DNA of 64,000 nucleotides from Oculina patagonica (Eukaryota): NCBI RefSeq assembly GCF_052425735.1, contig NC_135769.1, positions 1,984,001 to 2,048,000 of the forward strand, read 5' to 3'. Shown piece by piece: positions 26,101 to 36,479 of this stretch (position 1 is its first letter; each line of letters starts with the position of its first letter). The notes under the pieces were generated by a model. It saw only the letters and a program-made list of their open reading frames with translations, ran no database searches and was not told where the DNA came from. The position numbers and the translations under genes were made by a program.

Positions 26101-29100
26101 TACAAAGTTGTTTTCGTGCTTCGCTTAGAATAAAAGATTGTCATTCCATTCATTTTCTTTTCCTTTTTTTGTTTAGTCGAGAGCCCAGTGCGTCACTCGC
26201 ATAGAAGTGCCTATAAAATTAATAACATTCTCGACTCCTACGCATTATCGCGTCATATTCCAGTCGTGCGCATTCCGTACTGTCCATCTTCGTACATTTT
26301 GATACAAAAAAGTTCTTATCTCAATGAACTTTAAGTAACATCACCGATGGCATTAAACGGGGACGCAAGGCGCGATTCATGTGGCCACACCCAATTTTTC
26401 GGTTATAAAAATACAGCCTTGCTAGTTTTAAAATTTAGCGTTGAATATCTTGGTAGCGTAGAGTGGTATCAATTGCAACTTTTTCCAAGATCAGCACAAG
26501 AATAATGGTTAATCCTGTTTTTATCGTGTATAAATAACAAATTCGTGACCCAACGCTCAACACACACTAATATTTTTTTCATACATTAACTACAACGCGT
26601 TCTTCGCCAATATTCAGTGTTGTTGCGATAATATTGTATACGTTCCTCTATTTTGGAGGCCCAGTCGCTCTAAATAGCACACTTGAAAGCCATCCCTGTT
26701 AGAGTGCCAAGGTCGTGCACTGAGTTAGGCGTTTGCTGACTGGCATTTTAAATTTTAGTTTCGCTTACTCCCAGTAAAATAGAGATACAAAAAGTACACA
26801 TGAACTCTTTGCACAATTAAAGTTGAAGTTACTTTACTACTGATCAGATCTTCTCAAACTCCTTAATAAATCATAGCCGAGGCGATATTTGGATGTGTGA
26901 TTCTAATTACCATAGATTGAAAACGTGATGAAAACTTAAAACATTGTCTCTCGTGTTTGATACACGCGGTATTACGTAACCCTGCTATAGTCAAACTGAT
27001 CTTATTCCGTGACATTTTTCTGTGATATTATGTACTATTATATACCAGGTCCGAAAATTGTAATTGAGTGGTTCCGTTGAGTTGCCAAAGCAAACTGATA
27101 AACAGCTACTAAGCAGCCCTGTTCAAGAAAAATTAAAACCGATGAATATATATAAAAAATAAGTTTCAACAGTGGCCATGAAGATTTTACAAACAAACCA
27201 CCATGAAATCGTTTAGGGAGCAATTTACTTATTGACCACTTGGGTTTGTGATAATAGTAGCTATTACCTCAAATTGTCTTATTAGTAAATGGAAAATGAA
27301 TATATTGAGTTCAGTTTTTTAAGTGGGGGACAGCACCGCTGAAAATGTCGCAAAATTATATCCAGACGTTTCTAGACTAATTTTTCATACAGATTTGCCT
27401 TCATCGCTGACTTATATTCTACCAATGAAGTAAAACGTCTGGAATTTTGCGACATTCTCAGCGCCAAAAAACATGAAAATTTCAAAAACGAACTCATTAT
27501 AAATAGCGCTACACAGCCAGTATAATAAAACTACGAATGGAAACTAGATATTGGGGTAGACGCGGAAAAAATTTTAGATAATTTTTTGATAAAATTTCTA
27601 GATTTTTAAAAATCTTTAGATAATCTTAAGATACAACAACAACCTGCGTTCTTGATCATTATCAAGCTTTGTAGCCCGAGAAAAAATATTTACTTTCACA
27701 TACATTTTTATAACGTTTTGTTTGGACAAAATTGAAACGATTCTGAGGGTTTCTGGTGAGGCAGAGCGACTCCCTATTGCAAAATAATATAATGTTTGTC
27801 TACAAGAATAAAAGCTAAAATGAGCAAAGCTATGCCCGGCTTATATTCAGCTGCCTTCTTTGGTGTCGTTTCCGTCAATATACGTATCTGTAAAACTTAA
27901 GGTCCGGTTAAATTAAACCTGGTTTTCACTAGCGACGCCAGCATCAACGCAGATAAACACTGAAAACTGAAAGCAAGGGACTAGAGCGGGCACATTATTA
28001 TAAAATGATCCAAATGGTTTGATTTCTGAGCTTTCGCTCTGTGAATGGAATCTTTGGCTTCTTGTGCTTGTCTGCCTTATGCTTGTATACCTATCCTTTT
28101 GTTACTATACTCAGTGACTACTGAAAAAGACATCAACAAACATCAGAGTTGTTAATCTGCACCAGTGGTGTGCATGATATGCGGCCGGTTGGACTTCAAA
28201 CGTAAATGAAAGATGCAACTCGTCTGACGGTTCAACCAACACTCGATGCCGGTGTAAAACACATCAATACTGAAGTCTAATAGGACGGAAAAAAAACAAC
28301 GTGGCTCAATGTCAGAACTCTTTGGTAATATTGACATTGAATTCGCCAAAAAGGAACAGACCACTTGAGGTCGCTTGATGTAAATGTTACACAGCAATAT
28401 TCTACAACGGACATTGAACAAAATCATAGCAAAACAAAATTTAAAGAGGTTAGCATGTTCGTTTGCGACAAAGCAAAACGTAATACTAAATAGGTCAACA
28501 TTTATGATGTCTTCTCTCAGTTGTTGCATGATTCGACGAATAAGGGTATTAGCAAGAAGCTGAACTGCAGCCGCGAGGACAAACGACACATAGCAATCAT
28601 GGAAACTGACTATAATGTAATTAAACAACAATAAAAATCATCCGTGGCTATCTATGATCATCTATTTGGCATCGTTAAGCTCAGCTATAAGCTGCTATAA
28701 GATCCGCCTGAACACAAAAAAGAGGTGTTTATCTTAATTTCCCACACCCACAGAAAGACAATGGTCAACAAAATTTCTTTTTAGCTACGATTTTGTCACT
28801 AAGGAAGATGATACGTAAGCTTTTACTGCGCAGTGAATATTCGCTGCGCGGTTCTATTCTATCAGAGAAGGGCTTGCATGATAGATGTGAACGTGCTGCA
28901 CGTTTTACGTGACCGTAAGTTTCCGATATCGCAGCGAATACTAAACTACCTTTTAAACATGGGTTGATCCCGGAATTTACTAGGAAATAATTTAAATTTG
29001 CGATATCTCTGGCGTGAATTGGAACGCCACCCAATATTTAGCGCAAAAACGTAACTTCAAGTCCCTGACATAATTTGAGAAAAAAAGAGGAGAAGGTCGA

Positions 29101-29868
29101 ATATTTGTGGATTACGCGCGTGTTCTTAATTGCACCACACACCTTTTGCATTTTTTGTAAATAACAAATATTCACGCAAAGATCAACCAGGAAATATATT
29201 TTCCCTGTCATGCTCGGAAATAGCATCTTTTACAGTTTATCATAAACAAAGACAGTTTCGTAAAAGAATTCAGTTCAATTCAACAGGTCGATCAAAACTG
29301 CTATTAACCTAAATACATGAAAGAAACCCACATACCAAGCTATCCTAAATAGGTTCTTCAGTATATAATTGGTGTTTACTGAGAAATTGGGCTATAAAGG
29401 TTTTTAAACGGTTTACCCATTTTCTAAAGAAAAAAGATGTTTGTTGCTAATCAAAATACTGGTGCGGTATATTGTATATATAAAATGTGCATATATTTAT
29501 GTCTAAATGACTGCAATCTAAACAAATACAAAGCCTAGGTTAGCTCATCTTTTATGCCCTTATTTATACGAATTAAACATCAAGAAACAAAACAAAATTC
29601 TTTTAAGTGTTGACTCGGTGAATTTTATAAAAAACATATTTCAAATTTTAGTATAGGGTAAAACAGATTTCTATGTTAGGGAGGTCCAAACGAAAAATCT
29701 TGGCCTAACAGGTTTTTAATCATTAGGTTCCTATATAATTATACGGGTTTTTTCTGTATCTTTCAATCTCTACTTTCAAAAATTTGAAAATTATTCACTC
29801 TTGATTTGCAAAGAACACACACAGAAATAACATAACTATCGTAAAATTCCTTCCAAAATGGTAACTAG
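20133..29868. repeat. Direct tandem duplication of a ~5-kb non-coding unit (copy 1 20133-25123, copy 2 25124-29868)
   Basis: Colinear near-identical sequence with scattered SNPs and indels (copy-1-only segment ~23555-23900; copy-2-only segment ~26774-26940). Confidence 0.95.
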
Positions 29869-30043
29869 GGCCTTTTGCGATATTCCCGCTAAGTTGTTTT
29901 TTCCGTAGCATCGGACGCCTGTTTTTTGTTTGTATTGGGAACGGAATGTGATCACGTAATATAAAGATATTTGTATTGACCACATGGGCATGCAGGAGCA
30001 ATATCCTTAGATGCTTTCGTGATTTCTCGCGGAGTCCTGCTTA

Positions 30044-30051
30044 TATATAAA
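30044..30051 (+). promoter_or_regulatory. TATA box of the Pro/Arg-rich prepropeptide gene
   Basis: TATATAAA ~90 bp upstream of ATG 30137; AATAAA at 31901-31906 downstream of the stop. Confidence 0.6.
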
Positions 30052-30136
30052 GGACCCTCTCTAACAGCAGAACTCTCAGAGTAGCCAAGCCCGGTGCTGC
30101 TCAGTTCATTTGGCGGACCAGCCAAGGAGAGCCACA

Positions 30137-31800
30137 ATGAACAAGTTTGTACTGATCCTGCTGGTAGGATGTTCACTTGGCGTTCTTATGAACGCTGTTG
30201 TATCCGAAGAACCATTCGAAACAGCCGTCGAGACAGAGAAAAGCAATGATTATGGTGTAAAGGCTGAAACAGTTGACTCCACTAGCGATGAAGATGAACT
30301 GGACGACGAGAACGCCTTTGAGAACGAAGATGAAGAAGACGAAGAAGAAGATGCCGGTGATGACGAAGAAAATGTTGATGATCTTGAAGGGTAACTAACT
30401 TTTTTATGCCTTAAAATCCACGATTTAGTCATTACTTAACGGGACTATGTCACGGGGAATTCGCAGATTTTTTTATCTAAACTGTTCTGAAATTAGTGGT
30501 AGGCAACTTAACCCTGAATAAACACTATCTTTGAAATCTAAAGGAATATAGAACCTTAATTTGCGGATAGAAATCAACCTACGGCTATCAATATCGATAT
30601 TTCGAAGAAAACTTGGAAACAAATTGAAAACGTCTGGCTAACTTTTTCAAATTGCAATCCGTTTCCATCCGAGCCATCCGCAGCCAAAGATGCTTGTTAA
30701 CAGTTTCAGTGCTCTAATATTACAATTTTTATTAAAAATGGACTATTATTTTTAGGTTTCCTGCAAAAGAAAAATAACTTTTGGTGGTTCAAAATTAGTG
30801 AAAATCCGTGACACAGTCCCTTTAACCTCGCCTAGTTTGACAAACCCCTCGGTGCAAAGCCTTTGATATTTTTTTTCTTCACTATACTATACGTGGCACC
30901 GACTTTAAACAAAAATTGGCGTTCTACATTGTATAAAATCTGTTGAAAAACGCTTCGGAGATTTAATAATTTTCTAGATCTACTTCACAGATATAATTCC
31001 TTTGTCCGGAGACCTTTCTATATTGCTTCGCGATTTTCATGATAGTAAATGTGAGCAAGGTTAATAGTCCAAGAAGGGCAATTCAGAGAAGAAAAAGTTA
31101 AAAACGATAGCAGGTATTAGTGTTTGGGTTTAACATAGAGTTGTTTTTTGTCACGATATTTCGCTCGTGTAACCAATTGCTCGCCCATCGCGGCTCATTC
31201 AAATGCCGTGGATGATGATATAAATTTGGAGGTGGCGCTATTTTTGTCGTTCCCTTGGCCCAATTGAGTCCCAAGGGACAAAACCTGAAAATACCTTGCG
31301 CTATTTTTTAGCATCAGTGCCCTTGATATGAGGTTAAAATATAAAAATAACAACAATCAGTTATTAACTACCATGCATTTCCTTTCATTGTCACGAAGGT
31401 GAAAAGTGAGGGTGCTAACTGTTAAGAAAACTGACTGAATTCTACCATTTTCTCTTTCAGAAACCATGACATACAAGAAGATCCAAGACCGAAACCATTT
31501 ATAAGATTCCGTGTCCCGAGGATCCCGAGAATCCCGAGAATTCCGAGGATCCCTTTCCCAAGAATCCCGAGGATCCCGAGAATCCCAAGAATTCCAAGGA
31601 TCCCTTTCCCAAGAATCCCGAGGATCCCGAGAATCCCAAGAATTCCAAGGATCCCTTTTCCAAGAATCCCGAGGATCCCGAGAATCCCGAGAATTCCGAG
31701 GATCCCTATCCCAAGAATCCCGAGAATCCCGAGGTTCCCCAGAATTCCAAGGATCCCGAGGATCCCGAGGTTCCGGCCGTGGGGAAAGAAGAAGCGTTGA
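30137..31800 (+). CDS. Prepropeptide, 197 aa: signal peptide + acidic propiece + (Pro-Arg-Ile)n cationic domain ending W-G-KKKR; putative proline-rich antimicrobial peptide (exons 30137-30390, 31461-31800)
   Basis: Exon 1 [28 protein letters not shown]...DDLE ends GG|GTAACT (phase 2); acceptor TTTCTCTTTCAG at 31460; exon 2 reads [18 protein letters not shown](PRI)4PF(PRI)5PF(PRI)5PF(PRI)5PI(PRI)2PRF(PRI)3[11 protein letters not shown]. Function is inferred. Confidence 0.88.
30440..30821. mobile_element. Kolobok-like MITE with TTAA TSD in the prepropeptide intron
   Basis: TTAA|CGGGACTATGTCACGG ... CCGTGACACAGTCCCT|TTAA. Confidence 0.65.
31516..31773 (+). repeat. Coding 9-bp microrepeat (CCR AGR ATY) organised as a 51-bp higher-order repeat
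   Basis: 24 PRI and 2 PRF triplets, punctuated every 17 codons by PF or PI. Confidence 0.9.
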
Positions 31801-34605
31801 TCATCCAGTTCGGATCACTCAAGATTAGTTATTCTGTGTGAATTTAGTAGTTACACAGTTTACAGTTTGCAAGTGTATCAGTTAAGGCTTCCTTTTTTAA
31901 AATAAAACATCACTTGCTCAGAGAAATATGTTTTTGGATGTGTGATTTGTGGCTTAACGATATTGTAATAACCTCTCAAGAAAGCAGTGAGAACAAATAT
32001 TCTTACTATTAAAACAAAGGTCGTTTATCATTTTTAATAGTAAACTGTTTGGAGGGTACATAGAATTCAAAGGTCAAATTAAAACTCTTGATTTTTAAAC
32101 GCTGTTACTGTGAAAGAGATGAAAAAAGACCAAATATGTTTCTCGCATTCCTTTGCATCCTTCAGTGTGATATGAATGGAAATGAAAAACAACCGGATAC
32201 TTAAAGTATAACGACCTTCAGTACTATGACTGCGCATTATTGCAAATGAACTCAACTGAGCTTAATTTGTCAACACTTCTTTTAACCTTCTCAATATTTT
32301 AGCGCCCTGTCACTCTGTTTCCAGAGGTAATGAGCGGTGCCTTTTTAAAAACTTGCGTCAAATTGCTTTCATTTAAAATTGAGCCGTTTCGCTTGTGGGT
32401 ATTTTAAGCTATATAAATAAGTGCTCTAACCGCTTAATAAAACTTATGGACAGACTTTGCTTAGTTATAATGTGAACACCGAGTCTCTTTTCAATCTTGA
32501 TAAAAGCGAAGACTTGTTAGGTTGGATTTTGATTTCTACCCTAAAGCTACCCGGGGAACTAAGACTTACTTCGCGTCGAATGTAATTACGTTGCCGAGAA
32601 AACTCGCTGAAATCGCGTAAAACCTGCGCAATGCCCACACAACTACCAACGTAGAACACGAAATGAACGAAGTACATTACTTTAGAAACGTTATGACATT
32701 ACAAGCATTTTGAACACGAAACTATGAATATCCAAGAACATTATTTAAGACTTACGTGGGAAAGAATACAAGTCAATATCAAAAGTTCCGCTTTGTTGCC
32801 AAGTAGCGAAAGCAAGTAGTGTATCGGAATTTTGAACTGAAAACTCGCTGAGTCACTACTCACTACTTGGTGTATCGCGAAAAACAAACAAGATTCCTAC
32901 GGGTTTAAATTAGCAAACTAGAAAAGTGTGTTTTTAGATACTTTTACGGTTCCGAAAATTGTCGAATTGAGCTCAAAGCAGGACCGTAGCTAGCAGGAGG
33001 CAAGACGAGGCACTTGTCTCGTCTAGATTTTAACTCAAAATTAAGAACAACATACTTTTAGTTGCAATTGGGAAAATAATCTCCACTTGAACGGGGTTTT
33101 TTTTTCCTGAAGAGATACCTTATGTAAAATGCTGAAAATAGGGTTTCTGAGCTTCTAAATTTCAAAATTCTCTCTTGTAGCATGCCCCCAAACCCACCAA
33201 GCGGCTCGCGCCTTCGGCGCTCGTAACGTTTGCCTCGTCCATGTCAAAAGTCTGCCTACGGCCCTGCTCAAAGCCTTGTGGTGTAATTGTGAAACTCGAT
33301 CTATTCAGCTTGCCGTCCTTTTTTATCGATTATACGTATTGTTGCAGTCTGATCAAAGCTGCCTTACCTAAAACACCAACAAAAAGTTAAAAATAACACT
33401 TAATAAACTACGTACATCCTAAAGCTACCAAATGTAAGTTATGAGATTAAGTTAGCTTAGTTTGCCCTTATGTCTGACTCGCTCATACTTGATATGTTGT
33501 GGGTCAATTTTATCTTTCGTACAATTTGGCTGTTTTCTTTGTTCTGGTGTATGGTAATATTTGATAATGAATCTACAACAAAGGAAATATCGGATTGTAC
33601 CAATGGTAAAATTGAATCAAGACACAAACATGTGATTGTGCACACAAGTAAACAAGCATGGAAAGAAATAATAAACCTTTCATCAAGAACTTTTAAAACT
33701 AATCTAACTAATTTCTGTGCACGAGCTAGCCAGACATGAAGTCAGATCTTGAACAAGAGTCTGACACCCAGAGATAAATTCATGTTTCAACACATGATCA
33801 CCAGTGTATCTACGCTTCACGCCTCCCCCCCCCCCCCCGCTCCCTTTCCCCTCCTCAGCCACCCACAGGATCTGTGTGGTACGTATAACGTATTACACAT
33901 TGTTGATAAATAATATCAAAAGCTTGGTGAGACAAAAATTTGTGCATCAATCTGAAATAATTAATTTGGTTTTTAATGTATTTCGATAGTTACATCATCT
34001 AAACAATTAGAGCTCTACGCTTATGTAATTGCAAGCTTGTTATGAACGAAGCGCCGTGCCGTGAACTAAATCTCAGAGTCTACGCTTCGTAAAGTACACA
34101 CTGGTTGTTGCAAAAGTATTATCAAGTTGAGTCTTTGTTATATTCAGAATTCATAAATTACGAAGTAAGGATCCAAGCATTCATCATTCATCCTCTAGGC
34201 AAAGTTACTCCACTAAGGTATTTAGCCTTCTGCAAACCTTTTTAGTTGAACTGACAATTTATTTAATTGAACTTTTTTTATTTAAAATTTATGTATTTAA
34301 ATTCGTATTTATTTAAAATTTATTTTTTAATTTAGCCTCCTTCGCAGACATTTTCACGATGGTGTAAGTAAAACATATCATATAAAGTAGACAGACTTTT
34401 AGATCATTTTGATTTGGCATAAAATATGTCCATATATGTCTAGAGAGTGCAATTCTAGACTTGAACAAATTCCAAGGTGCACATAGCCTCTGTTGATGCA
34501 AAGATGTTTTTTTTTTTTTTGGCCAAACCAAATATAAAGAGTTTAAAACATTCTAGGTGGTCCATTATTTTAAGCAGTCGCCATTTTCAGCATCAGTCTT
34601 GTAAT

Positions 34606-36479
34606 TTATTTTCGTTTTCCAAGTTTATGAATCCAGTTCTTGAACTTCTGGAACAGTTTTTTAAACATTCCTTTCTCGGCTTCTTCTTCTTCTTTTTCTT
34701 CTTCTTTTTCTTCAGCTTCCTCGATGTCGTCGTTTAGCTTTAATCGTTTGTTGGCGTCCCATTCACTGTAATCGACGCTGTTGAACACAAATAAAACAAA
34801 ACAACTTAGTTGTGAGTAAAAAATTTCATAAGGGAAATGGTCAAAACTATTGTACTCAGACAGGACCCACCAGGACAGAACCCACCCCTCCCCCCACCCC
34901 CTCTACCCCACCTTCTCTACCCCACCTTAAAAGATGGTGTCTTGTTTGTATTCCCCCACTCTATCAGGAGTAGAAACTAAGAAAAAGATTCAAACATCCT
35001 TGTGCCATTTCTCCAGCAAGGCAAGCTTCATTCACACCTAATATGAAAGTCTTAACTCGAATTTTGAAGCCAATAAATTCTGTCCATTTGGCTAATCAGA
35101 CAGGTGGTATCTTGCATAGCCCCCCTACCCATACACAAGGTGGGTCCTTGTCGAGTACACTAGTTATGACCACTTCCCTTAAAACCTACTGCTTGGGGAT
35201 ATTAAAGTTCCACTGTGTCTCAAATAGTTTACTTTTACTACACTGTCGGCGGTACAGGCGCTTACAGACAAACTATCATTTGAACATAAGGTATAGTACT
35301 GTCAGATTTATTGTCCTTTTTTTCCGGAAAACACACATTCACAGGCTTTCCTGGATTATAGTGTCGAATGAGCAATTCTCGAAAGCCGTTCCCTACATTT
35401 GTTAACTCCATGGGTGGTAGTTTACACAACAACCTCGGCAAGTCAAAAACAGTTAAAACTCGATAATGAGGATTCGATAATGGGATCAACCAGTCGCCGG
35501 ACCGGCAGCTTGTAGCGTTGATCGGATCATCAATATGTACGGAAGTGTTGATTAAATATTTTGTATTTTTTTCTCCTCATTTTCTCTTTGTATAAGGCAA
35601 ACTAAGTAAAATAAAAATCACACGAAAGTTGCCTATGAGGACAGATGTGTGGTACCCATGCATAGAATTATTACAACTTATATGATTTGACCCAGAAACT
35701 CATATGGGTTTCAGTTTGATCAGTCCTAATTCTATCTTAAAGCATTCCTATTGACGATCTTTTAATTTGTTGAGTACGAGCTAAGAGTTCATCTTTAAGT
35801 AACTCTTCAGTTACGAAATCGATGAAATCGATGAAAGAACGCGAGAATTGACATCATGTAAATCAACGTCTTCGGAAAACTACAGACCGTTTTCGTCAAG
35901 TAAAAAAATTATTTTTGTAGTTGAGCTTCTTAAAAAAAAATTCTGTAAATAGATGACAACGAATTTTTAAGTCAAAAGTTGGTGGAGTTTCTAATAAAAT
36001 CTTTTCTTTGTATTCACTCATACTGATTTAGAGCGAACACCAACAATCTCTAAAAGGAACTAACGCCCAGTTTTGTGAGCCAAGATGTATACATTTTGCT
36101 TTTTTCCTTAACCCGACGAACGTTGTAATTATTTATATTAGAGAAACTCCTCGAGTTCATAATTCCTTATGACGACTACATGTCAAATAATTTCAAGTAC
36201 TATTTACCTTTTTCTTTTCTCAATTTCATCCTTGTCTTGAGAAAAAAATAAATCATCGTCGGTGTTTTCGCCGTCGTCTTCATCAAAATCTCTTTTTCCA
36301 CCGTAGCGGCTTTCCAGCCCTATCTCTCTGTCATCAAGACCATGGTCGTTTTCTTCAGCCAACTTCTCCGCTTCGAGCTTGAAATCAAAATTATTTTCAT
36401 TCTCCTTGCCAGCAGCAAAAATACTCCAAGAGGAGGAAAAGATTACAAAAAGTAATGTAGTCAAAAACGCTCTGTGCAT
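34606..36479 (-). CDS. Prepropeptide, 147 aa: signal peptide, acidic spacers with dibasic sites, C-terminal amphipathic cationic peptide GMFKKLFQKFKNWIHKL-GKRK; putative amidated antimicrobial/cytolytic peptide (exons 36479-36208, 34777-34606)
   Basis: Signal MHRAFLTTLLFVIFSSSWSIFAA; donor AAAAG|GTAAAT (phase 2) joins acceptor TTCAACAG|CGTC in frame; KR/KRK sites; G-KRK amidation signal before the stop. Function is inferred. Confidence 0.85.

Noticed and set aside
28152-28631. 159-aa ORF (and its counterpart at 23187-23537) in the duplicated unit
   Set aside because: Non-ATG start in copy 2, frameshift between the two copies, no recognisable motif or splice structure
30453-30463. NF-kB-like site GGGGAATTCG in the intron of the peptide gene
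   Set aside because: Imperfect match lying inside a MITE; not distinguishable from chance
31516-31773. Regular repeats resembling a CRISPR array (also 7790-8056 and 43040-43420)
   Set aside because: No unique spacers, no cas genes and a eukaryotic context; these are a coding repeat, a minisatellite and MITE-internal repeats
31511-31828. ORF-track protein [19 protein letters not shown]... (RS-like repeat)
   Set aside because: Wrong frame: it starts at GTG, while splice phase and synonymous-site variation both support the PRI frame
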